Below, piece by piece: positions 16,418 through 25,489 of a stretch of DNA of 64,000 nucleotides; positions within the stretch are counted from its first letter, which is position 1; each line of letters starts with the position of its first letter. Under the pieces are notes generated by a model that saw only the letters and a list, made by a program, of their open reading frames with translations, was not told the origin of the DNA and did no database searches. Both the position numbers and the translations under genes were made by a program. The stretch spans positions 206,560-270,559 of the forward strand of contig JBEKDZ010000001.1 of the NCBI GenBank assembly GCA_050014095.1, given 5' to 3'. The stretch comes from Dehalococcoidales bacterium (lineage in GTDB: Bacteria > Chloroflexota > Dehalococcoidia > Dehalococcoidales > RBG-16-60-22).

Positions 16418-18049
16418 TTAAGCAGTCCCTTTTTCGTGTTTGACATATCGGGGTGCGATGACCACGGTGAAGTGGAAGATAGGCCTATCGACGCGTCTTA
16501 AGATTAAAGGACAGTGGCGCATGCCGGCGGGAACGAAAATCATGGCACTTTTGTTGATAATTTGTTTTTCACCTTCGAGCCAGATTTCCACCTCGCCGCC
16601 AAGGTCAGAGGGATTTTTAGCATCGTTGCCGAAGAAGCCGATAATTTCATCGTAATCGTGGGTATGTGGCTTATCGTCGATGGTCATGGAGGCCTTGAGA
16701 TACCAGGAAGCATTCAAATTAAAAGCGCCGGGGACGACGTCGGTATCCATCCAGAGGATGCGTTGGGCATATTTGCTGTAAACCGGCGCAATCTTCTTTC
16801 TTTCCTCCGGCTCTTTAAGCTCCGTGACGACGTATTGGCTGTAGTCTGGCTTGGGTATTTTGTTTTCCTTTGGTTCTTTGATGATATATTCGCCGGCGGT
16901 GACGACGGAAAAGTGGAAGATAGGGCGGTCCACACGGTTTAGATTTAGAGGACAGTGATTCATCCCGGCAGGAACAAAGACCAGGGCGCTTTTGGTGATA
17001 ATGTGTTTTCCGCCTTCGAGCCAGATTTCCACCTCGCCACCGAGGTCGTTTGGGTTATTGGAATCATTGCTGAAAAAGCCGATGATTTCATCGACGTCAT
17101 GAGTATGCTCGGCGGGTCCTTTTTCTAGACGCTTGAGATACCATGAGCAGTTCATCTGGAAAGCCTCCGGCACCACGTTTTTATCCACCCAGAGAATGCG
17201 CCTGGCGAATGTGTTGTACCGGGCGATAGCTTCCGCGGGAAAATCTGGCGTCTTTAGCTCCGTGACGATATATTTACTGTATTTGGATTCGGGCATGGTT
17301 AAGACTCCTGTATTATTCTTACTATCAATAATTTCATGTTTAAGATTCTTTAAAACTACGACCAAATCAATAATTCCCACTGTAAAAACACTCGCTCCTC
17401 CATAAAAGAAAAATACTGCAAGCCAAAAAATGAGTCCTCTAACTATCGCTTCCCAACCCCATTCAAATGTACCAGGATCTATACGTGATAAATCTACAAA
17501 AATAAACAGACCAACAAAAAATATAAATGAAACGGCGGCAGTAATTAATTGTTGCCCAACCTTTAACAATTCCAAACGTGTTTCTTTAGATATTTCTTTA
17601 AAATTTGAACTGGCGATTACTAGGCCGCCTAATGTAGCACTTACAGTCACCAATTGAAATTGCATTAGTGGCGGAATAGAAGTTGTCGTTCCTGCAATCA
17701 AAAAGGCAATTGATAAAAATACTCCAATTACGAAACCATAAGACGTCCTCTTATTAAATTTACCTTCCAATCCAGTTATATCAGCAAGTTTATGAATAAG
17801 ACTTTTATATGGAAATATGTAATATATGTCTGTGAGTACTAAAACCATTATCAAAGCAACAGCATGTGACCATGCAAAATTCTTGACAACGTAATATTCA
17901 TATATTAGTACAAATATGATAAAGGAACTTGCGTACAGATTGGCAAATAAAATCCGTTGCCAACGAGGGCGTTCTTTTTTATTTCTTTTGTTCATTTTGG
18001 GAAGTTGTATTTCCCTCTTTTCTTCCTTTTGTTTCGTTTCATTGGTCAT
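16418..18049 (-). CDS. Multi-pass membrane domain fused to tandem cupin (bicupin) domains
   Basis: Residues 30-235 contain about six hydrophobic helices. Residues 252-543 hold two 147-aa repeats. Each repeat carries both cupin metal motifs: 'HTHD(V/Y)DEIIGFF' (HxH...E) and 'VPAGM(N/R)HCP' (PxGxxH). An alternative start lies at 17296 (internal SD+ATG). Confidence 0.7.
   Translation of the reverse strand: MTNETKQKEEKREIQLPKMNKRNKKERPRWQRILFANLYASSFIIFVLIYEYYVVKNFAWSHAVALIMVLVLTDIYYIFPYKSLIHKLADITGLEGKFNKRTSYGFVIGVFLSIAFLIAGTTTSIPPLMQFQLVTVSATLGGLVIASSNFKEISKETRLELLKVGQQLITAAVSFIFFVGLFIFVDLSRIDPGTFEWGWEAIVRGLIFWLAVFFFYGGASVFTVGIIDLVVVLKNLKHEIIDSKNNTGVLTMPESKYSKYIVTELKTPDFPAEAIARYNTFARRILWVDKNVVPEAFQMNCSWYLKRLEKGPAEHTHDVDEIIGFFSNDSNNPNDLGGEVEIWLEGGKHIITKSALVFVPAGMNHCPLNLNRVDRPIFHFSVVTAGEYIIKEPKENKIPKPDYSQYVVTELKEPEERKKIAPVYSKYAQRILWMDTDVVPGAFNLNASWYLKASMTIDDKPHTHDYDEIIGFFGNDAKNPSDLGGEVEIWLEGEKQIINKSAMIFVPAGMRHCPLILRRVDRPIFHFTVVIAPRYVKHEKGTA
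16421..17296 (-). repeat. 441-nt (147-aa) tandem duplication forming the two cupin domains
   Basis: 'CCTTCGAGCCAGATTTCCACCTCGCC' is identical at 16572 and 17013. The protein repeats align over their full length. Confidence 0.85.
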
Positions 18050-18124
18050 ATTATATCATCATATGTCAAGATATAAGCCTTCCATTAAGTAACATAATAA
18101 CTTAGTCCATTATTGACTGTAGTG

Positions 18125-18176
18125 GGTTAATCCCCCTGCGAGATTTAGAGTGGATTCCAGCCTGTGAAGGAATGAC
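18125..18176 (-). repeat. Half module (core remnant plus one unit) of the GTCATTC family
   Basis: Reverse complement reads GTCATTCCTTCACAGGCTGGAATCCA + CTCTAAATCTCGCAGGGGGATTAACC. The core resembles the module at 60336-60420. Confidence 0.65.
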
Positions 18177-18201
18177 AACATTGGAGTAGGAATTTTCAAT
18201 C

Positions 18202-18230
18202 TTGCCCCTCTCGCCTTTTCCCCGTATAAT
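18202..18230 (+). promoter_or_regulatory. Putative ffh promoter TTGCCC -17 nt- TATAAT
   Basis: Near-consensus hexamers. The -10 ends 9 nt before the ffh ATG and there is no SD. Confidence 0.5.
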
Positions 18231-18239
18231 TAAAGCGTT

Positions 18240-19571
18240 ATGTTTGAAATACTGGCGGAAAAGCTGAATGCCGTCTTTCGCCTTTTGGGCAGCCGCGGCA
18301 AGCTGACGGAAAAAGACATCGATGAAGCCATGCGGCAGGTGCGTCTGGCGCTTTTAGAGGCGGACGTAAACTTCAAGGTCGTTAAGGACTTTACCGGGCG
18401 CGTCAAGGAGCGCTCCATCGGCAAAGAGGTGATGGAGAGTCTGACGCCCGGACAACAAATCGTCAAAATCGTTAACGAGGAGTTGATTAAAACCCTCGGC
18501 GACGGCGCCTCTAGCAAGCTGGCTGCCGTTTCGCAACCCCCCGCCGTCATTATGATGGTCGGCTTACAGGGCAGCGGCAAGACCACCACTGCCGCCAAGT
18601 TGGCGCTTTTACTTAAGCACAGCGGACATAAACCGATGCTGGTCGCCGCGGATAACCGTCGTCCCGCCGCCATCGAGCAGCTGGTGACGCTCGGCAAACA
18701 GCTCGATGTGCCGGTATTCGCCGAAGACCCCAAGACATCCTCTAAAGATATCTGCGTACACGCGATGTCCCACGCTAAAAAAATCGCCGCCACCCACGTC
18801 ATCGTTGATACGGCGGGTCGACTGCACATCGACGAAGAGCTGATGGCGGAACTGGAACAGGTGAAAAAAGTCCTCAAGCCCCACGAGGTGCTGCTGGTGG
18901 TGGACGCCATGACCGGGCAGGACGCCGTGCGCGTGGCGGAGGAGTTCCACGCTAAAGTGGACGTGACGGGGCTCGTCATGACCAAGATGGACGGCGACGC
19001 CCGGGGCGGCGCGGCTTTATCCATCCGCTGGGTGAGCGGAGTACCGATTAAGTTCATCGGGGTGGGGGAAAAGGTAGAGGCTTTGGAGCCTTTTTATCCG
19101 GATAGACTGGCATCGCGCATCCTGGGCATGGGCGACGTTTTAACCTTCATCGAGAAAGCGGAAAAAACCCTCGACGAGAAAAAGGCACTGGAGCTCCAAA
19201 AGAAGATAAAAAAGTCCGCCTTTACGCTGGAAGACCTGCTGGAGCAGCTTAAAGCCATCAAGAAAATGGGACCTATCGGGCAGCTGGCGGAAATGCTGCC
19301 GGGCATGAACAAAATATCCAGTCAGCTTCCCGAAGGCGCGCAGGAAGCCCAGATGAAAAAAGTCGAGGCTATCATCCAGTCCATGACGCCGCAAGAAAGG
19401 GCTAACCCCTCGATTATCGGCGGGGGCCGACGCAAGCGTATCGCCCGGGGGAGCGGCACCCATACTCATGATATCAACCAGCTGCTGAACCAGTTTGCCC
19501 AGATGCAGAAGATTATGAAAATGGGCATGGGCGGCAAGCTCCCCAAGAACATGATGGGGATGTTTAAGTAG
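18240..19571 (+). CDS. ffh: Signal recognition particle protein
   Basis: NG domain 'MVGLQGSGKTTTAAKLA', 'DTAGR', 'TKMDGDARGGAALS'. Met-rich M domain at the C-terminus. Confidence 0.97.
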   Translation: MFEILAEKLNAVFRLLGSRGKLTEKDIDEAMRQVRLALLEADVNFKVVKDFTGRVKERSIGKEVMESLTPGQQIVKIVNEELIKTLGDGASSKLAAVSQPPAVIMMVGLQGSGKTTTAAKLALLLKHSGHKPMLVAADNRRPAAIEQLVTLGKQLDVPVFAEDPKTSSKDICVHAMSHAKKIAATHVIVDTAGRLHIDEELMAELEQVKKVLKPHEVLLVVDAMTGQDAVRVAEEFHAKVDVTGLVMTKMDGDARGGAALSIRWVSGVPIKFIGVGEKVEALEPFYPDRLASRILGMGDVLTFIEKAEKTLDEKKALELQKKIKKSAFTLEDLLEQLKAIKKMGPIGQLAEMLPGMNKISSQLPEGAQEAQMKKVEAIIQSMTPQERANPSIIGGGRRKRIARGSGTHTHDINQLLNQFAQMQKIMKMGMGGKLPKNMMGMFK

Positions 19572-21095
19572 TTATTCTAAATAGTCTTTAAGCTTGCGGC
19601 TGCGCGAGGGGTGGCGGAGTTTTCTTAAGGCTTTAGCCTCAATCTGACGGATGCGTTCCCGCGTTACGTTAAACTCCACACCCACCTCTTCCAGCGTGCG
19701 GCTGCGTCCATCCTCAAGTCCGAAGCGGAGCTCGAGCACGCGTTTTTCGCGGGGTGTTAAGGTGGTGAGGACATCCTCGATTTGCTCTTTAAGGAGCTGC
19801 TTGGAGGCAATATCCACCGGCGGCAAGGCGTTCCTATCTTCGATGGAGTTACCGAGGGGACTATCCTCTTCTTCACCAATGGGGGACTCCAGAGAAATAG
19901 GGAGCTGGGAAACCTTGACGATTTCCCGTACTTTATCGGAGGAGACTTCCATTTCCTTGGCGATTTCACGGGAGGTAGGTTCACGACCGTACTCCTGCGC
20001 CAGCCGACGACTGATTCTTAAGAGGCGGTTGATGGTCTCAACCATATGCACGGGTATGCGGATGGTACGTGCCTGGTCGGCAATGGCTCGGGTGAGCGCC
20101 TGGCGTATCCACCAGGTGGCGTAGGTGCTGAATTTATAGCCTTTACGGTAGTCGAACTTTTCCACCGCGCGCATCAGGCCGATATTACCCTCCTGGATAA
20201 GGTCGAGCAAGGACATGCCGCGGCCGATGTGTTTCTTGGCGACGCTGACGACGAGGCGTAGGTTGGCTTCGATAAGATGTCTCTCCGCTTTTTTGCCTTC
20301 GCGGAGAGCTTCATTAATATATGACGAGTAGTGCTTTTCGTGGGCTTGGATAGAGTTGATAAATTTGGGGTCGGTGACCAGTTTCGCCATCTCGTTCAGA
20401 TTAACGCTGCCATCGATAGAGGTACGGACTTCTTCCGGCAGCAGGCGACTGCCCATGGAGAGTCGGACGAGTATTTCTTCTGTTTCCGGAACCGTTTTGC
20501 CGAGTTTGGCGGCGAAATCTTGAATCACCAGCGGGTCGATGGAATTATCGATACTTTCCTGTATCTTAACATCGTAGACACTTTTAGAAAAGTTTTTCGT
20601 CTTCTGCAGGCCGAGCTTTTCCCGGAGGAGACGTACCAAATCGGCAGCCTGCCCGAGGTCTTGTAAAACAGCTAGGATAATTTCGGTGGCGGAGGGCTGG
20701 CGACCATTCTTCCGGATATACTCCTGTTGGATGATTTTGATATATTTACCGGATTCCATGTGCTTGGCAAGGCTCTTTTCATCTTCGGCAGTCAGGAGGT
20801 GCACCCTGCCTATTTCGTGAAGATAGATACGTACGGGGTCGTCGGTAATATCCTGCTCGGCAAGCTCTTCGGCAGGCAACTCGATATCTGTATCGAAGTC
20901 AACGTCGTCTTTGCTCTTGACCCAGAGCTCGTCTCCTTCAGGGATTTCTCCGCTTTCCAGCTCTTCGTCAGGTACGATAGTCGCGCCGAATATCGCCGCC
21001 GCTTTTTCATCGGAGTCCGATATCTCGGGGTGCTGGATTTCTTCAAAGTTATCACCACTGCGGAGTGAATCGAGCTCATTCTTATCTTTTTCCAT
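19572..21095 (-). CDS. rpoD: RNA polymerase primary sigma factor
   Basis: Acidic N-terminus. Region 2 '[16 protein letters not shown]...[28 protein letters not shown]'. Region 4 '[27 protein letters not shown]'. Confidence 0.97.
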   Translation of the reverse strand: MEKDKNELDSLRSGDNFEEIQHPEISDSDEKAAAIFGATIVPDEELESGEIPEGDELWVKSKDDVDFDTDIELPAEELAEQDITDDPVRIYLHEIGRVHLLTAEDEKSLAKHMESGKYIKIIQQEYIRKNGRQPSATEIILAVLQDLGQAADLVRLLREKLGLQKTKNFSKSVYDVKIQESIDNSIDPLVIQDFAAKLGKTVPETEEILVRLSMGSRLLPEEVRTSIDGSVNLNEMAKLVTDPKFINSIQAHEKHYSSYINEALREGKKAERHLIEANLRLVVSVAKKHIGRGMSLLDLIQEGNIGLMRAVEKFDYRKGYKFSTYATWWIRQALTRAIADQARTIRIPVHMVETINRLLRISRRLAQEYGREPTSREIAKEMEVSSDKVREIVKVSQLPISLESPIGEEEDSPLGNSIEDRNALPPVDIASKQLLKEQIEDVLTTLTPREKRVLELRFGLEDGRSRTLEEVGVEFNVTRERIRQIEAKALRKLRHPSRSRKLKDYLE

Positions 21096-21098
21096 AAT

Positions 21099-22868
21099 CT
21101 ATCTCCTTGTACCTTTTATATATGCAGAACCCCATTTCTGGCTACTTTGGATTTCCGTTTTGTTAAGTTGTTGGGCAATTTCTGTATTATCTTCGAACTC
21201 AGTGTCATCTAGCGAGGTTATAGAATTAGCTTTCATTGCTTCGACACTTCTAAGAAACCTCTTTTTTAATTCGTTGATAATATCTACGAACTTTTTTTCT
21301 ACATTAATTTTTGTGGAAGGTATACTCATATTTATTATAGCATCGAGATGCTCATACAGGGCAGGGTCCAGCCGCTCTTTTAAAGACTGATTATCCGCCA
21401 CAACCTGCCAGACAAGAAAAATCTCGCGGTTTTCGCTGTGACTAAAATAGTCGAGCGAGATATCTTGCTGATATTCTCGCAACTCCGGGTACTGCAATAA
21501 CAAAGCCAAACAATATTCCTCGCGGGAGCTGGAGGCTAAAGGACGCGATATTCCGGCTGATGGTTTGGGCGACGCCATTTTTCGCTGTATAGTAGGCTGC
21601 TTTAGCCGGCTTAAGGAGGCTTTAATAGTGTTCATATCCACTTTGACTAAAGCGGCGAGCTTTTGCAGGTAATGCGCCTGGCGAATGGGGTCGTTGATAG
21701 CGGCGATAACGGGTAGTAGCTTATCCACGGCGGCGGATTTATCCCGGGCGGTGGTGAGGTCTAATTTAGCGATAGTTTTTTCAAACAAGAAATCGACGAG
21801 CGGCATGGCGCTATCGACCAAGCCATGCCACTTTTCCATGTCTTCCCGCATAACTTCATCGGGGTCTTTGCCTTCCGGCAGAAGGATAACCCGCATTTCG
21901 GCATTGAGGATGTTTTCGTAGCCGACGGTTCTTAACATGGCTTCTTCACCGGCAGCATCTGCATCCAGCGAGAGAATGAGGTTTTTACTCAACTTTTTTA
22001 AGATATTCACCTGCGTTTCGGTAATCGCCGTACCCATGGAGGCGACGGCGTTGGTGACGCCGCACTGGTTCGCCATGATAACATCCATATAGCCTTCCAT
22101 AATGATGGCAACGTCCAGCTTCCTTATCGACGCGGCAGCGCGATCGATACCATATAACGTGCCGCTTTTATCAAAGGTGGGGGACTGGGGAGAATTTTTA
22201 TATTTGGGGTCCGTATTATCCAGGGCTCTCGCCCCGAACCCCGTTACCCGCCCCTTAATATCACGGATGGGAATCATCAGCTTGCCGCGAAAGCGGTCGG
22301 AGGTTTTGCCTTTTTCATCCTCGTAAAGCAAGCCGGCGGTAAGCAGGGTTTTCTCATCGAAGCTCTTTTCCTGCAGGTAGAGCTTTAAAGCGTCATAAGA
22401 ATCCAGACTATAACCGAGTTGGAAATCAGAGATAGTCTGGGCAGAAAAACCGCGTTTTTCGACGTAGCTTTTAGCCTTCGCCGCCGCCGGTGAGTTCAGG
22501 AGCAGGTTATGATAGTAAAGAGTGGCGGCTTCGTTAGCACTAAAAAAGGGCTCTTTTTCTTCTTTTTTCGCCGCGCCTTCGTATTTGGCGGGCAAAGTAA
22601 CGCCGGCTCTACGGGCAAGCAGACGTAAAGCTTCCCCAAAGTCCAATCCTTCTTTTTTCATCACGAAGGCGAAGACATCGCCGCCGGTATTGCAGGCACC
22701 GAAGCAGTGCCAGCTCTGCTGCTCCGGGTAGACGAAGAAAGAGGGGTGTTTTTCGCTGTGGAATGGGCATAAAGCCGTTAGGTTACGCCCGGCTTTTTTC
22801 AGCGTAGCGTACTGGCCGATGACCTCGGCGATATCCAGCTTCTGTTTTACTTCGTCGATAGCGCTCAT
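21099..22868 (-). CDS. dnaG: DNA primase
   Basis: Zn finger 'CPFHSEKHPSFFV...WHCFGC'. TOPRIM 'IIMEGYMDV...DADAAGEEA'. Immediately upstream of rpoD. Confidence 0.95.
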   Translation of the reverse strand: MSAIDEVKQKLDIAEVIGQYATLKKAGRNLTALCPFHSEKHPSFFVYPEQQSWHCFGACNTGGDVFAFVMKKEGLDFGEALRLLARRAGVTLPAKYEGAAKKEEKEPFFSANEAATLYYHNLLLNSPAAAKAKSYVEKRGFSAQTISDFQLGYSLDSYDALKLYLQEKSFDEKTLLTAGLLYEDEKGKTSDRFRGKLMIPIRDIKGRVTGFGARALDNTDPKYKNSPQSPTFDKSGTLYGIDRAAASIRKLDVAIIMEGYMDVIMANQCGVTNAVASMGTAITETQVNILKKLSKNLILSLDADAAGEEAMLRTVGYENILNAEMRVILLPEGKDPDEVMREDMEKWHGLVDSAMPLVDFLFEKTIAKLDLTTARDKSAAVDKLLPVIAAINDPIRQAHYLQKLAALVKVDMNTIKASLSRLKQPTIQRKMASPKPSAGISRPLASSSREEYCLALLLQYPELREYQQDISLDYFSHSENREIFLVWQVVADNQSLKERLDPALYEHLDAIINMSIPSTKINVEKKFVDIINELKKRFLRSVEAMKANSITSLDDTEFEDNTEIAQQLNKTEIQSSQKWGSAYIKGTRR

Positions 22869-22973
22869 AATACTTTTAGGGACAATTATATATTATACAA
22901 CTTTTATGGGGGAAAAGGGTTAATATTATGGTGTTTTATATACCACTTTAGTAACCTAAAAGTCAAAAGCATG

Positions 22974-22992
22974 CCCCGTACGTGATACGGGG
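22974..22992 (-). terminator. Hairpin CCCCGTA-N5-TACGGGG downstream of cysK; weak terminator candidate
   Basis: 7-bp GC-rich stem. On the minus strand it is followed by CATGCTTTTGACTTTT. Confidence 0.3.
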
Positions 22993-23062
22993 GCAAAGTT
23001 CAAAGCTTTTAATTTTTTAGGTTATGGTTTTGAGTTTTCAGCTTTGAGTTTTAAGTTATTGT

Positions 23063-23992
23063 CTACGGCGGGCACTTGGCGCAGATGGAGCGGAAGAGGG
23101 TGGTGCTTAAGTAGCGGTCGCCGCGGTCGGGCAAGATAACGACGATAGTGCCCTTTTTCATCTTTTTAGCAACCTGCAATGCCCCTGCCACAGCGGCGCC
23201 GCTGGACATGCCAGTGAAAAGCCCTTCTCTTACTGCCAGCAACCGGGCTGTCTCGAAAGCATCGCCATCTTCGATGGTTACCTTTTCATCGAGCACCTTG
23301 GGGTTGTAGATGCCGGGAACAACGCTCTCCGTCATATTTTTCAGTCCCTGGATAGTATGCCCGACTGTAGGCTCAACGCCGACGATTTTAATGCCTTTGA
23401 TTTTTTCCTTGAGATATTTCGCGGTGCCGATGAGCGTGCCGGTCGTCCCCATGGCGCAGACGAAGACATCAACTCTGCCTTTGGTCTGGTTATATATTTC
23501 CGGTCCGGTGGTCTCATAATGGGAGAGGACATTATTGGGGTTATCGAACTGGTTAGGCATAAAATACTTGCCCGGCTCGGCTTTAAGAGCCTCATGCGCC
23601 CGGCGGATGGCGCCGTCAACAGCCTCTTTGGCCGGGGTGAGGACGACCTCGGCGCCGAAAGCCTGGAGAATAAGCTGTCTTTCCACGCTGACACATTCCG
23701 GCATGAAGAGTTTGACTTTATAGTCCTTGGCGGCACCAATCATGGCGATGGCGATGCCAGTATTGCCGGAGGTAGGCTCGATGATGGTTTTATCTTTAGT
23801 AAGCTCGCCCGATTCCTCCGCCATCTTAATCATATAGAAAGCAGGACGATCTTTAACGGAGCCGCCGGGGTTATTGCCTTCCAGCTTACCAAAAATTTTT
23901 ACGTCGGTGTTGCCGTTGAGGTTGGTGAGCTGCACCAGCGGGGTGTTGCCGATAGCGCCCAGGACGTTTTTATTGCCGTTTTTCATCTTCAT
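23063..23992 (-). CDS. cysK: Cysteine synthase / O-acetylserine sulfhydrylase family (PLP-dependent)
   Basis: 'NPGGSVKDRPA' (PLP lysine), 'EPTSGNTGIA', 'GTTGT' loop. Confidence 0.85.
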   Translation of the reverse strand: MKMKNGNKNVLGAIGNTPLVQLTNLNGNTDVKIFGKLEGNNPGGSVKDRPAFYMIKMAEESGELTKDKTIIEPTSGNTGIAIAMIGAAKDYKVKLFMPECVSVERQLILQAFGAEVVLTPAKEAVDGAIRRAHEALKAEPGKYFMPNQFDNPNNVLSHYETTGPEIYNQTKGRVDVFVCAMGTTGTLIGTAKYLKEKIKGIKIVGVEPTVGHTIQGLKNMTESVVPGIYNPKVLDEKVTIEDGDAFETARLLAVREGLFTGMSSGAAVAGALQVAKKMKKGTIVVILPDRGDRYLSTTLFRSICAKCPP

Positions 23993-24028
23993 CTACCTTA
24001 ATATTATATATTATCATTTAAAGTCAAG

Positions 24029-25273
24029 TTAATCATCGATGCCGGGGACCGGGAAACGGCGGCATATGCGAGCGACTTCCTGGCGGACTTCCTCAATAAC
24101 CTTTTCGTTATCAAAATTTTTAATCACCTTGACAATCAGCGCAGCGATTTGTTGCATCTCTTCCTTGCCGAAACCGCGGGAAGTAGCCGCGGGCGTGCCG
24201 AGCCTGATGCCGCTGGCGACCGCCGGAGGGCGAGTATCAAAAGGAATTTCGTTTTTATTACAGACTATACCGGCGGTATCGAGGGCTTTAGCCGCCTGAC
24301 TGCCGGTGACGCCGCTAGCCGTAAGGTCGACGAGGATAAGGTGATTATCCGTGCCGCCGGAGACGAGGCGCAATCCCTGTTTTTGCAGCTCGGCCGCCAG
24401 GGCACGGGCATTTTCCAGTATCTTTTTCTGGTACTCGACAAAGGCGGGCCGCATCGCCTCATAAAGCGCCACCGCCTTGGCGGCGACGGAGTGCATAAGG
24501 GGTTTGCCCTGCGCTTCCGGGAAGACCGCGGCATCGATGGCTTTGGCATACTCTTTCTTGCAGAGTATCAAGCCGCCACTGGTGCCGCGCAGAGTTTTAT
24601 GCGTGGTGGTGGTAACAACATCCGCATAAGGCACAGGCGTAGGGTGCAGTCCAGCGGCAACCAGCCCGGCGATATGCGCCATATCCACCATAAGTTTAGC
24701 CCCTACCGAATCGGCAATACGACGGAATCGCTCGAAGTCGATAATCCTCGGGTAGGCGGTATATCCCGCCAGAATAACCTTGGGCTTATGCTCTTTAGCC
24801 AGCTTCTCGATTTCCGGGAAGTCGATACGCTCCGTTTCGCGGCTGACATGGTAGTGCACGAAATTATACGACCGCCCGGAAAAAGTAATGGGCGAGCCGT
24901 GGGTAAGATGACCACCGTGGGAAAGGTCCATCGCCATGATGGTATCACCATATTCCATCAAAGCGAAATAGGCCGCCATATTCGCCTGCGAGCCGCTATG
25001 CGGCTGGACGTTAGCATGGTCGGCATGATAAAGCTCTTTAGCCCGCTTGATGGCCAGATTTTCGATGATATCCATATTCTCACAGCCGCGGTAATAGCGG
25101 TGGCCGGGGTAGCCTTCGGCATATTTATAGGTGAGGAACGAGCCTTGGGCTTCCAGCACGGCGCGGCTGGCATAGTTTTCCGAGGCGATAAGGTTGACAA
25201 TCTCTTTCTGCCGTTTTTTCTCACATTCGATGGCGTTATATATTTCGGGGTCATTCTGGCTTAAGAAACTCAT
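24029..25273 (-). CDS. glyA: Serine hydroxymethyltransferase
   Basis: 'LIASENY', '[15 protein letters not shown]', '[10 protein letters not shown]'. Confidence 0.97.
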   Translation of the reverse strand: MSFLSQNDPEIYNAIECEKKRQKEIVNLIASENYASRAVLEAQGSFLTYKYAEGYPGHRYYRGCENMDIIENLAIKRAKELYHADHANVQPHSGSQANMAAYFALMEYGDTIMAMDLSHGGHLTHGSPITFSGRSYNFVHYHVSRETERIDFPEIEKLAKEHKPKVILAGYTAYPRIIDFERFRRIADSVGAKLMVDMAHIAGLVAAGLHPTPVPYADVVTTTTHKTLRGTSGGLILCKKEYAKAIDAAVFPEAQGKPLMHSVAAKAVALYEAMRPAFVEYQKKILENARALAAELQKQGLRLVSGGTDNHLILVDLTASGVTGSQAAKALDTAGIVCNKNEIPFDTRPPAVASGIRLGTPAATSRGFGKEEMQQIAALIVKVIKNFDNEKVIEEVRQEVARICRRFPVPGIDD

Positions 25274-25358
25274 AGAAACACTCTCCTCAAGGGGAAATGA
25301 GGTACAGTAAATAGTCTACACTGGCATTGCGGGAGTGTCAATTAGACTGGCATAAGGC

Positions 25359-25387
25359 TTGACAAACCCCATCCCCCTTCTTATAAT
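25359..25387 (+). promoter_or_regulatory. Consensus sigma-70-type promoter TTGACA -17 nt- TATAAT upstream of pyrG
   Basis: Both hexamers are perfect with 17-nt spacing, about 100 nt upstream of the pyrG ATG. Confidence 0.6.
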
Positions 25388-25489
25388 AAAAAGAAACCCC
25401 CACCTGATTTGACTGTGTATCCCTGTTTATTGATTCCCAGCATGATTTCCCAGGATAATACTGGATTTATTCCAGGTTTATTATAATAT

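Noticed and set aside
18230-19057. 275-aa ORF on the minus strand
   Set aside because: It lies entirely antisense to ffh, which has unmistakable SRP54 motifs. The product is Ser/Thr/Ala-rich low complexity, typical of a shadow frame in GC-rich coding DNA.
24149-25264. 371-aa ORF on the plus strand
   Set aside because: It is antisense to glyA, which is unambiguous. The same reasoning applies to 23357-24001 (antisense to cysK), 32191-32856 (aroC), 33869-34498 (aroA), 48464-49087 (rplF) and 45757-46419 (rplP-rpsQ).
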